DNA of 64,000 bases, taken from Eledone cirrhosa (lineage: Eukaryota). The DNA is taken from NCBI GenBank assembly GCA_964016885.1, contig OZ024743.1, positions 249,550,001 through 249,614,000 on the forward strand, written 5' to 3'. Position 1 is the stretch's first letter; the number at the start of each line of letters is the position of its first letter. Under the pieces are notes generated by a model. That model searched no databases, was not told the origin of the DNA, and worked only from the letters and a program-made list of their open reading frames with translations. This document shows positions 37,205 through 49,575 of the stretch, one piece after another. The position numbers were made by a program, and so were the translations under genes.

Positions 37205-40200
37205 AGTGCAGGCCGGAGAATTGTTCTTCCTCCTTCAATCTATGGTTCCCCTCGATTCTACAGTGAGTGCTTTCAGAATTCGATGACTGTGGTTCGACAC
37301 ATGGGAAAGCCATCTTATTTCATCACAGTCACAACTAACCCTAACTGGGATGAAATAAAAAATAGTTTGCACCCTGGTGAAGAACCTAGAGACCGTCCTG
37401 ATATTTGTGAAAGAGTCTTCTAGATCAAGTATGACAGCCTCATGGATGACATACTGAAAAAAAAAATGTCCTAGGAAAAGTTGTGGCTCATTCTGCTACA
37501 ATAGAGTGGCAGAAAACGAGGTCTCACTCCTGCTCATATTCTGCTGATAATGGCTGAAGATAGCAAGCCCAAAACTGCCGATGCCATTGATCAGGTAGTG
37601 TACTGTGAGATTTCTGATAAAGAGACCAATCAAATTCTGCATAAGATCATCACATCCTGCAACATTCATGGCCCATGAGGGCAAGCTAATATGATGTGCT
37701 CATGTATGGAAGGGCTAGGACAACAACGCCATTGCTCAAAAAGTTATCCCATGGCATTCAGACAAACCACATTTGTTGCCGAAAATTTCTTTCCGGAGTA
37801 TAGAAGGGATAGACAGCATGGTGGTCACACCCATACAATCCAACTTAAAGGTCAAGAATTTACTGTTGATAATCGTTGGATTGTTCCATACAACTCTTTC
37901 CTCTCATTGAGATATCAGTGCCACATCAATTGTGAGGTTGTCCACAGTGTCAAGGCTGTTAAGTACTTATATAAGTACATCACAAAAGGATCAGACAAGA
38001 TCACTTTCACTATTAAGGATGATCAAGGAAATTGTGTCCATGCCCAAAATGAGATTGAGACCTATATCAATGCAAGGTACATCTCAGCCAGTGAAGCATT
38101 CTGGAGAATCTATAAATTTCCATTACATCATCGAAAACCGCTAGTTGAAAAGTTGCCTTGCCATTTACCTGGAGAACAGAGGGTCATGTATGAGCAAGGG
38201 CAGGAAGAAAGTTTTGTTTCTAGGGGACAGCCAATGACTAAGTTGACGGAATATTTTCAACTGAATATTAGAGACCCACTGGCACAAAACATATTGTATA
38301 TTGATATTCCTAAATATTTCACTTGGACAAACAAAAAGTGGCAAAGAAGAAAAAAGGGACATCTGGATGGTGATCAACAATTTATGAGTGAATCTCATGG
38401 GCGCATTCCAACAGTATCTCTCAGTAGACATCAATCTAAATTATATTACCTTAGGATGATCCTACATCACAAGGCTAGGTCAACTTCATACAAAGATTTG
38501 AGGACAATTGAAGGAGTTGAATTTCCAACATTCCAAGAAGCATGCAGGAAACTTGGTCTGTTAGATGAAGATGGAGAAAAAGACAAAGCTATGGAAGAGC
38601 CCTCATCCATTATGCTTGATCCTCAGCTGCGAGAGATCTTCTGCATCATTTTATTGTACAGCATGCCAAATGACCCTCTGCAGTTCTGGGAGAAATGGAA
38701 GAATTGTCTTGCAGAGCATATGAGCAAGTAATGTCCATGTAAACCGTGCAGATTGTTCTACAGAAGATCGAACAAAGACTTCAACATGATGGCTTGGACA
38801 TTCATGCCAACTATGGACTTTCTCGGCCAGACCTAACTATTGTTGCCATACCAGAAATCAACAGGGTTCTTATGGCAGAAATTGGTTTCAATACACACCA
38901 ACTGCAACCAAACATAAATGAACTTCTGCCAACATTGGATCCTGAGCAACTGGTTATTTTTCACAAAGTAATCACCTCTGTAAATGAAAATGAAGGCAGA
39001 ATTTTCTGCTTGAATGCAAGTGCAGGTACAGGAAAGACCTATGTCATAAACATCTTACTGGATTACCTCCGATCTAAAAAGAAAATTACACTTGCCACTG
39101 CCCTATCTGGAATAGCAGCCACTTTGCTTCACAAAGGTAGAACTCTTCATTCCAAGTGGAAGATTCCTCTCAATGTGACTGCTGAATCAACTTACTTCTT
39201 CACAAAGAGGAATGACACAGGTAAACTTATGCAGCAAGCTGACCTGCTAATCATTGATGAGACAGGTATGGGACATAGGCATATCTTTGAATGCATTGAC
39301 AGGAGCTTCAAAGATGTTCAAGATTGCAAAAAGCCATTTGGTGGTCTAACAGTATTACTATCTGGTGACTGGAAGCAAATTCGTCCAGTTGTACGTCATG
39401 GTGTTAGACCACAAATAGTTGAGGCAACCATCAAGAGATCCTATCTCTGGGACTATGTGGAAACCATGGAGATACAACCAATCAACGGTTAATTAATGCA
39501 AAAGGATTCTGATGAAAGACAGTTTGCAAACTACCTTCTTGATGTGGGAAATGGTAACATTCCAACTGTTCCAACTGTAGGTGCATTCACAATTCTTCTG
39601 CCAAATGAACTTTATCTGGAATATGGTAATGTGTCAGGACTGTGTGATTTTGTGTATACAAATATTCCAGGAAATTACACAAACCCACTATGGCTTGCAA
39701 ATAGAGCCATTATCACTCCAACAAATGATGCAAGATTGGTGAATGAGTTCATGGTCAACAAGTTTCCTGGTCATGAAATAATCTACAGAGGCTCTGATAC
39801 AGTAGATAATTACCCCAGTGTATTACTGGTACTTTATTTTATCGACCCCGTAAGGATGAAAGTTAACCTCGGCGGGATTTGAACTCAGACCATAAAGGGC
39901 CGTAACTCTTTGCTGCAAAGCATGGCATCCGACTCTCTACCGATACTCTGATACAGTAGATAATGAACTGCAATATCCAATTGAGTTCATCAACAAACTT
40001 ACCCCATCAGGCTTCCCAACACACATACTTAAACTGAAGAAAGGCAGTTGCATCATGCTTCTGAGAAATCTGGATCCTCTAAATGGGCATTGCAATGGTA
40101 CACGCTACATCATCATAGTTTACATAATCATGTAATTGAAGCTGAAGTGGCATTGGGTCCCAATGCTGGAACAAGGTTGCTAATCCCAAGGATGCCACAT

Positions 40201-41023
40201 ATATCTCAAGAACTTGAGTTCCCTTACACCTTTACACACAAGCAATTTCCTGTCAAACCAACCTTTGCCCTTACATGCAACAAGGCACAAGGGCAGATAT
40301 TTGAAAAGATAGGTGTATATCTACCAACACAATTCTTCTCATATGGCCAGATATATGTTGCATTATCACGAGTTACAAAAAAAGAAAATATAAAAATATT
40401 AAATGAAAGGGGTCTGTTTGCTGACAACTGTGTCTACAAAGAAATTGTACAGTGATGTGAAACAGCTACCACTCTCTTTTAGTTGAAAAGCATTTCAGTT
40501 TCTTTTTAACTGTTAGAAAAGGGACACTACAAAAACTTAAGAAGTCTATATGCGAATACAGTAAAACAACAATATAGCGAAGGTCAACTCTTCATATTGG
40601 TAAATGTAATTCATTCATTCATACCAGCAGCATCTATTTTCAAATTCACTGCTTGAAGCTTCCCATCGACATTCTCAAGTGAAGATTCATGAACATTTTC
40701 TGTCAACAGTTTCATCACTTTTCCATCTCCGCCGAGGTTAACTTTGCCTTTCATCCTTACGGGGTCGATAAAATAAAGTACCAGTAATGCACTGGATAAT
40801 TGCTGGCCTTGTGCCAAAAGTAGAAACAATTATTTCCTTTCTTTTTTAATGTATCATGGATTACTTTACTGATTACAGAAGTAAGTGTAACACAGTCTTT
40901 GTTCAGTTTATGTGCATATTGTCAATTTGCGTATTATATCTATGTGCATATATATTTGCGTAAATCAATATACACACCATTTATAGTAGCAGAAAACCGC
41001 CCACAGGGCGGTTTTTCTGCTAG
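37205..41023 (+). mobile_element. Decayed autonomous Helitron (Rep/HUH and PIF1 helicase), 5' part missing
   Basis: GRRIVLPPS..GSPR, GKPSYFITVTTNPNW, IEWQKRGL, VDNRWIVPYN; ASAGTGKT, IIDE, GDWKQIRPV, NGTR, QFPVKPTFALTCNKAQGQ. The terminal hairpin GCAGAAAACCGCCC ACA GGGCGGTTTTTCTGC is followed by TAG. Confidence 0.92.
39811..39945 (-). mobile_element. SINE family 1 inserted in the Helitron helicase, 19-bp TSD
   Basis: CTCTGATACAGTAGATAAT at 39792-39810 and 39946-39964. Confidence 0.92.
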
Positions 41024-41497
41024 TCTAAACTATAATACAGTAAGAAGTGCTGGACTGCGTACGGTTTATAATTTTTTATCCCATTAGTAAAATAAGTTGG
41101 ATTACTTTGAATAAATAATGAATGAATATTACATAATTTATCTACTAAATTTCGTGGTTGTTCATTAAATATATTTTATTATTTATTTAAAGATTCACTT
41201 CTTTAAAATTTTCAAATGTCAACACTTCCGGTGGCGATTGCTTAAATAAACATATTAATTTTCTGTCACTAATTTTATCCTAATGCAGTTTATATATAAT
41301 ATCGTCTTTTTTTCATGGATTACATTACTGATTACATAAGACAGTGTAACACAGTCTTCATTCAATTTCTGTGTATATTGTCAATTACGATTTTATTTGA
41401 CGTATCATATCCACATGAATATATACTTGCGTATAATATCAATATGCACACTATACATGCTAGCAGAAAACCAGCCGAAGGGTGGTTTTTCTGCTAG
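41024..41497 (+). mobile_element. Non-autonomous ~475-bp Helitron directly following the large Helitron
   Basis: 5' TCTAAACTATAAT; 3' AGAAAACCAGCC GAA GGGTGGTTTTTCT hairpin and CTAG-T. Confidence 0.8.
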
Positions 41498-42813
41498 TAT
41501 CTTGTAATGATTCAGCAGAAAATATTAAAAAATAGGTTTGTTAATTCAAATGTTTATTGTATATTTACTAGTAGATAGATTGTTGTGAACATTTTCAGTA
41601 TTAAATATTTTAATTTCGAAAAATGGGCTTGTTAGTTTAAATGTTTATAGTATCTTTACCAGTGAATGGATTGTAGTGAAAATTTGCAATATTTAATGTA
41701 GTGTTGTTTTGTAATTTTCAATAAAATTTTGTTAATCTAATTTCATGTAGTTTGTTAATTCAAATATTTATAGTATATTTACTAGTAGACAGATTGTTGT
41801 AAAATTTTGCAATGTGATGCAGACAATATAGTGTCTAAAAGGACTCTTTAGTCTGGATGAGCATGTGACAACTTTTCTAGTGTTGGTGCAGTAATTAAAC
41901 GCACTCAGTCCTTGCTATAAAGTGGTAGTGATGGTACCATGATAAAACATACACAGACGACTCTGTAAAGTTGTAGTGCTATGAAAAATGCACTTAATAC
42001 ATCCTGTAAGGTGGCTGGTGTTAGGAAGAACATTGAGTCATAGAAACCATTCCAAACATGGAAAGAATGAGCAAAATGAAGGTGCATTGACCTGTCTCAG
42101 ACCATGACAAACTATCCAACACATGCCAGAATGGAAAGCGGACATAAAAAGGATGATGATAATGAAAATGCTGTCATGGAGCTGTTTTGTACATTTAAAG
42201 AATATCTTGATAAAATGGTTTCATATGATTTGTTAATTCAAATGTTTATAGAATCTTTATTAGTGGACAAATTGTGAAAATTTGCAGTATTAGAGTAAAG
42301 ACTTTTAAATGTGCTGCTTTTACACTGATGTTTCGTACTTTTCTACACTGTCTTGCTTATGTGGTTTGATGTGGTACAGGACGTTAAGTATTAACAATAA
42401 GGAAGGACAATATATATTAAAGGCATCTAACAATGGATTTGTCAATGGTTTCAAAAGTTGACATTCAGTTGTTTGGTCAATTGAACATCAAACTCATGAA
42501 TTAACATGTACATGGTTGAGTATTCCACAGATACATACATAATTAACATAATTATCAACCAGAATCAGTTTGATAGAATATGTGACAAGCAGAGGCAAAA
42601 CTAGCAAAAATAGCGCCTATGGCAAGCAGTGAAATTTCACCCCTGTATTTTTACCTATGGATCTAATAATTCATGTACACGTAAGGGTGGTGCCCCAGCA
42701 TGGCCCCAGCCGGATGGATGGAACAGGTAAAAGAGTAAAAGAGTATGGTCTAATGATCCAGCCACCATAGTGGCTGGATCATTAGACCAAAAGTATATAA
42801 CCTCAACATTTAC

Positions 42814-42905
42814 CTTGCTTATAATTGTCGATCCATTCTCTGTGAGAAATTTCCGTCCATAAAAACAGTGTAGTTTAGATGAATTGTTTAGTGGTATTGT
42901 ATAGA
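42814..42905 (-). pseudogene. SLC22-like exon 1, 3' remnant
   Basis: Reads YTIPLNNSSKLHCFYGRKFLTENGSTIISK, then donor GTAAAT (phase 0), joining FDLVC. The 5' part is missing or displaced at a hAT-like end near 42907; that boundary is approximate. Confidence 0.75.
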
Positions 42906-42906
42906 A

Positions 42907-43045
42907 TAAAGGTTCTCAACGGGGGGGGGGGGGGGGGGTTCGTTGCTCCAAGGGGGCGTTATGCTGTGAGGTGACGTTAGGGGGGCGTTGTTATGCAGTA
43001 AGGGGGCGTTTGAAACTTTGAGGGCGCTAGAAGCCCCTTTAGTTT
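42907..43045 (+). mobile_element. Probable hAT-type DNA transposon end
   Basis: GGTTCTCAAC-G run resembling hAT/Charlie TIRs, with repeated GGGGGCGTT subterminal motifs. Confidence 0.45.
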
Positions 43046-43444
43046 GGTAAGCTTGACAAGTCATATTTGTACGTCTCTTAGACAGTCAGTGATTTGAATG
43101 AAGAAAACGAAGAAAATAAATAAAAGAAGCTTGTCAACGAATTCCCTAGGGAGATAAAAGGAAATCAAAAGAAATCAAAGAGAATGAAAGTAAGGACTAC
43201 TTCAACAGAAATGACAAGAAGAAGCAATGGTGGTGAACATACACACACACATATACACACATACATATATACACATACATACACACACACAGGTCGGCAT
43301 TAGTGTTTGATGAGGTTGAGAACCTGGACAGCTTTCAGCCAGAAGTGTGGTATTTATTCTCCCTAGGTAATAAAATCTGGCGACAAAAATTTTCTCCTTA
43401 CAAAAAAAAAGAAGACATAGATCATATCAACATCCTTACACACT

Positions 43445-44960
43445 TATGTATGTATGTATGTATGTATGTATGTATGTATGTATGTATGTATGTATGTATG
43501 TATGTATGTATGTATGTATGTATGTATGTATGTATGCATGCATGCATGCATGCATGCATGCATGCATGCATGCATGCATGCATGCATGCATGCATGTATG
43601 TATGTATGTATGTATGTCAGGTCACCAGTTGGTGCTACTGGTAACATGTATCCCAGTACAACCTGTCCCATGGTCGGGTCGTTGGCGACTAAACTGGCAA
43701 ACCCACCAAGGTTTCTTGGTGAGGAGGGTGACTTTGGACATCCTGCAGGACTAAAAACAAAACCTGTCAAAGGGCAAAGGAGCTCTTAAGAGTCAATGGC
43801 CATCCAAAATCACCGGGAGAGATGACCCCTTAGCTTTTGTCAAGGCAGAATTCTAGGAGAAGGAAAACTCTGATATAACACCTGCAACCCTGATGGTATC
43901 CAATGATGTTGACTTGTTCTTCTTTTTGGTAAATATCATCTTGGTTAAGAGAGTGGGACTGGCTTTGTGCAGTGCCTTTGCTCACTATAAAAGCTTCACG
44001 GCACAGGCATTGCTTTATATCTGGAGATCTCTCTGCACTTGTCGTCACATGGTACCATGGGCCCAGCACTATGTGTCAGTAATTGTCACAAGTGTAGTGT
44101 TTGTACCAGAGTTTTCAAGTCACTGGCTGGACTAAAAAGTCACACTCGTTCAGCGCATCGGTAGGGGTTCTCCTACATGGATATAAAGTAGTGGCCGTAC
44201 TCGAAAACGAGTTGGCAGCCACCATGTATGTATGTATGTATGTATGTATGTATGTATGTATGTATGTATGTATGTATGTATGTATGTATGTATGTCAGGT
44301 CACCAGTTGGTGCTACTGGTAACATGTATCCCAGTACAACCTGTCCCATGGTCGGGTCGTTGGCGACTAAACTGGCAAACCCACCAAGGTTTCTTGGTGA
44401 GGAGGGTGACTTTGGACATCCTGCAGGACTAAAAACAAAACCTGTCAAAGGGCAAAGGAGCTCTTAAGAGTCAATGGCCATCCAAAATCACCGGGAGAGA
44501 TGACCCCTTAGCCTTTGTCAAGGCAGAATTCTAGGAGAAGGAAAACTCTGATATAACACCTGCAACCCTGATGGTATCCAATGATGTTGACTTGTTCTTC
44601 TTTTTGGTAAATATCATCTTGGTTAAGAGAGTGGGACTGGCTTTGTGCAGTGCCTTTGCTCACTATAAAAGCTTCACGGCACAGGCATTGCTTTATATCT
44701 GGAGATCTCTCTGCACTTGTCGTCACATGGTACCATGGGCCCAGCACTATGTGTCAGTAATTGTCACAAGTGTAGTGTTTGTACCAGAGTTTTCAAGTCA
44801 CTGGCTGGACTAAAAAGTCACACTCGTTCAGCGCATCGGTAGGGGTTCTCCTACATGGATATAAAGTAGTGGCCGTACTCGAAAACGAGTTGGCAGCCAC
44901 CATGTATGTATGTATGTATGTATGTATGTATGTATGTATGTATGTATGTATGTATGTATG

Positions 44961-44994
<34 letters not shown>

Positions 44995-45335
44995 TGTATG
45001 TAAATATCATCTTGGTTAAGAGAGTGGGACTGGCTTTGTGCAGTGCCTTTGCTCACTATAAAAGCTTCACGACACAGGCATTGCTTTATATCTGGAGATT
45101 TCTCTGCACTTGTCGTCACATGGTACCATGGGCCTAGCGCTATGTGTCAATAATTGTCACACGTGTAGTGTTTGTACCAGAGTTTTCAAGTCGCTGGCTG
45201 GACTAAAGTCACATTCGTTCAGCGCATCGGTAGGAGTTCTCCTACATGGATATAAAGTAGTGGCCGTACTCGAAAACGAGTTGGCAGCCACCATGTATGT
45301 ATGTATGTATGTATGTATGTATGTATGTATGTATG

Positions 45336-45369
<34 letters not shown>

Positions 45370-48300
45370 TCATCTTGGTTAAGAGAGTGGGACTGGCTTT
45401 GTGCAGTGCCTTTGCTCACTATAAAAGCTTCACGACACAGGCATTGCTTTATATCTGGAGATTTCTCTGCACTTGTCGTCACATGGTACCATGGGCCTAG
45501 CGCTATGTGTCAATAATTGTCACACGTGTAGTGTTTGTACCAGAGTTTTCAAGTCGCTGGCTGGACTAAAGTCACATTCGTTCAGCGCATCGGTAGGAGT
45601 TCTCCTACATGGATATAAAGTAGTGGCCGTACTCGAAAACGAGTTGGCAGCCACCATGTATGTATGTATGTATGTATGTATGTATGTATGTATGTATGTA
45701 TGTATGTATGTATGTATGTATGTATGTATGTATGTATGTCAGATCACCAGTTGGTGCTACTGGTAACATGTATCCCAGTACAACCTGTCCCATGGTCGGG
45801 TCGTTGGCGACTAAACTGGCAAACCCACCAAGGTTTCTTGGTGAGGAGGGTGACTTTGGACATCCTGCAGGACTAAAAACAAAACCTGTCAAAGGGCAAA
45901 GGAGCTCTTAAGAGTCAATGGCCATCCAAAATCACCGGGAGAGATGACCCCTTAGCCTTTGTCAAGGCAGAATTCTAGGAGAAGGAAAACTCTGATATAA
46001 CACCTGCAACCCTGATGGTATCCAATGATGTTGACTTGTTCTTCTTTTTGGTAAATATCATCTTGGTTAAGAGAGTGGGACTGGCTTTGTGCAGTGCCTT
46101 TGCTCACTATAAAAGCTTCACGGCACAGGCATTGCTTTATATCTGGAGATCTCTCTGCACTTGTCGTCACATGGTACCATGGGCCCAGCACTATGTGTCA
46201 GTAATTGTCACAAGTGTAGTGTTTGTACCAGAGTTTTCAAGTCACTGGCTGGACTAAAAAGTCACACTCGTTCAGCGCATCGGTAGGGGTTCTCCTACAT
46301 GGATATAAAGTAGTGGCCGTACTCGAAAACGAGTTGGCAGCCACCATGTATGTATGTATGTATGTATGTATGTATGTATGTATGTATGTATGTATGTATG
46401 TCAGGTCACCAGTTGGTGCTACTGGTAACATGTATCCCAGTACAACCTGTCCCATGGTCGGGTCGTTGGCGACTAAACTGGCAAACCCACCAAGGTTTCT
46501 TGGTGAGGAGGGTGACTTTGGACATCCTGCAGGACTAAAAACAAAACCTGTCAAAGGGCAAAGGAGCTCTTAAGAGTCAATGGCCATCCAAAATCACCGG
46601 GAGAGATGACCCCTTAGCCTTTGTCAAGGCAGAATTCTAGGAGAAGGAAAACTCTGATATAACACCTGCAACCCTGATGGTATCCAATGATGTTGACTTG
46701 TTCTTCTTTTTGGTAAATATCATCTTGGTTAAGAGAGTGGGACTGGCTTTGTGCAGTGCCTTTGCTCACTATAAAAGCTTCACGGCACAGGCATTGCTTT
46801 ATATCTGGAGATCTCTCTGCACTTGTCGTCACATGGTACCATGGGCCCAGCACTATGTGTCAGTAATTGTCACAAGTGTAGTGTTTGTACCAGAGTTTTC
46901 AAGTCACTGGCTGGACTAAAAAGTCACACTCGTTCAGCGCATCGGTAGGGGTTCTCCTACATGGATATAAAGTAGTGGCCGTACTCGAAAACGAGTTGGC
47001 AGCCACCATGTATGTATGTATGTATGTATGTATGTATGTATGTATGTATGTATGTATGTATGTATGTATGTATGTATGTATGTATGTATGTATGTTATGT
47101 ATGTTATGTCAGGTCACCAGTTGGTGCTACTGGTAACATGTATCCCAGTACAACCTGTCCCATGGTCGGGTCGTTGGCGACTAAACTGGCAAACCCACCA
47201 AGGTTTCTTGGTGAGGAGGGTGACTTTGGACATCCTGCAGGACTAAAAACAAAACCTGTCAAAGGGCAAAGGAGCTCTTAAGAGTCAATGGCCATCCAAA
47301 ATCACCGGGAGAGATGACCCCTTAGCCTTTGTCAAGGCAGAATTCTAGGAGAAGGAAAACTCTGATATAACACCTGCAACCCTGATGGTATCCAATGAGG
47401 TTGACTTGTTCTTCTTTTTGGTAAATATCATCTTGGTTAAGAGAGTGGGACTGGCTTTGTGCAGTGCCTTTGCTCACTATAAAAGCTTCACGGCACAGGC
47501 ATTGCTTTATATCTGGAGATCTCTCTGCACTTGTCGTCACATGGTACCATGGGCCCAGCACTATGTGTCAGTAATTGTCACAAGTGTAGTGTTTGTACCA
47601 GAGTTTTCAAGTCACTGGCTGGACTAAAAAGTCACACTCGTTCAGCGCATCGGTAGGGGTTCTCCTACATGGATATAAAGTAGTGGCCGTACTCGAAAAC
47701 GAGTTGGCAGCCACCATGTATGTATGTATGTATGTATGTATGTATGTATGTATGTATGTATGTATGTATGTATGTATGTATGTATGTATGTATGTATGCA
47801 TGCATGCATGCATGCATGCATGCATGCATGCATGCATGCATGTATGTATGTATGTATGTATGTATGTATGTATGTCAGGTCACCAGTTGGTGCTACTGGT
47901 AACATGTATCCCAGTACAACCTGTCCCATGGTCGGGTCGTTGGCGACTAAACTGGCAAACCCACCAAGGTTTCTTGGTGAGGAGGGTGACTTTGGACATC
48001 CTGCAGGACTAAAAACAAAACCTGTCAAAGGGCAAAGGAGCTCTTAAGAGTCAATGGCCATCCAAAATCACCGGGAGAGATGACCCCTTAGCCTTTGTCA
48101 AGGCAGAATTCTAGGAGAAGGAAAACTCTGATATAACACCTGCAACCCTGATGGTATCCAATGATGTTGACTTGTTCTTCTTTTTGGTAAATATCATCTT
48201 GGTTAAGAGAGTGGGACTGGCTTTGTGCAGTGCCTTTGCTCACTATAAAAGCTTCACGGCACAGGCATTGCTTTATATCTGGAGATCTCTCTGCACTTGT

Positions 48301-49166
48301 CGTCACATGGTACCATGGGCCCAGCACTATGTGTCAGTAATTGTCACAAGTGTAGTGTTTGTACCAGAGTTTTCAAGTCACTGGCTGGACTAAAAAGTCA
48401 CACTCGTTCAGCGCATCGGTAGGGGTTCTCCTACATGGATATAAAGTAGTGGCCGTACTCGAAAACGAGTTGGCAGCCACCATGTATGTATGTATGTATG
48501 TATGTATGTATGTATGTATGTATGTCAGGTCACCAGTTGGTGCTACTGGTAACATGTATCCCAGTACAACCTGTCCCATGGTCGGGTCGTTGGCGACTAA
48601 ACTGGCAAACCCACCAAGGTTTCTTGGTGAGGAGGGTGACTTTGGACATCCTGCAGGACTAAAAACAAAACCTGTCAAAGGGCAAAGGAGCTCTTAAGAG
48701 TCAATGGCCATCCAAAATCACCGGGAGAGATGACCCCTTAGCCTTTGTCAAGGCAGAATTCTAGGAGAAGGAAAACTCTGATATAACACCTGCAACCCTG
48801 ATGGTATCCAATGATGTTGACTTGTTCTTCTTTTTGGTAAATATCATCTTGGTTAAGAGAGTGGGACTGGCTTTGTGCAGTGCCTTTGCTCACTATAAAA
48901 GCTTCACGGCACAGGCATTGCTTTATATCTGGAGATCTCTCTGCACTTGTCGTCACATGGTACCATGGGCCCAGCACTATGTGTCAGTAATTGTCACAAG
49001 TGTAGTGTTTGTACCAGAGTTTTCAAGTCACTGGCTGGACTAAAAAGTCACACTCGTTCAGCGCATCGGTAGGGGTTCTCCTACATGGATATAAAGTAGT
49101 GGCCGTACTCGAAAACGAGTTGGCAGCCACCATGTATGTATGTATGTATGTATGTATGTATGTATG

Positions 49167-49200
<34 letters not shown>

Positions 49201-49541
49201 TGTATGTAAATATCATCTTGGTTAAGAGAGTGGGACTGGCTTTGTGCAGTGCCTTTGCTCACTATAAAAGCTTCACGACACAGGCATTGCTTTATATCTG
49301 GAGATTTCTCTGCACTTGTCGTCACATGGTACCATGGGCCTAGCGCTATGTGTCAATAATTGTCACACGTGTAGTGTTTGTACCAGAGTTTTCAAGTCGC
49401 TGGCTGGACTAAAGTCACATTCGTTCAGCGCATCGGTAGGAGTTCTCCTACATGGATATAAAGTAGTGGCCGTACTCGAAAACGAGTTGGCAGCCACCAT
49501 GTATGTATGTATGTATGTATGTATGTATGTATGTATGTATG

Positions 49542-49575
<34 letters not shown>

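Larger units (their letters stand above)
12723..42905 (-). pseudogene. SLC22-family (organic cation/carnitine transporter-like, MFS) gene, probably pseudogenised; five exons seen, later exons not confidently found
   Basis: Hand-spliced minus-strand exons join in phase: ...HCFYGRKFLTENGSTIISK|FDLVCERKWLRAGSQSVYYAGYLFGSFLYGTLSDK|YGRQ...CSYTL|LIEFSQAKYRT...LAYMIHQWEHL...FLWP|LIGNNRLKKAADII...YTCIDLFRTWRISMITFKICGSW. These match the SLC22 motifs TIVxE-WDLVC, GxLSDR/K-FGRK, AYxxRxWR and DLFRT. Lesions are listed in the exon entries. Confidence 0.88.

Noticed and set aside
40611-40730. Captured host exon inside the Helitron 3' region (DGKVMKLLTENVHESS...)
   Set aside because: It is short with no recognisable motif, and cannot be supported without a homology search.
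43617-43760. Assignment of the array leader to HDV, twister, pistol or hammerhead ribozyme classes
   Set aside because: Partial resemblances (CTAA before a pairing segment, GAGGAGGG, CTGAT) do not complete the required pairings or cores. It is kept only as an unclassified structured-RNA candidate.
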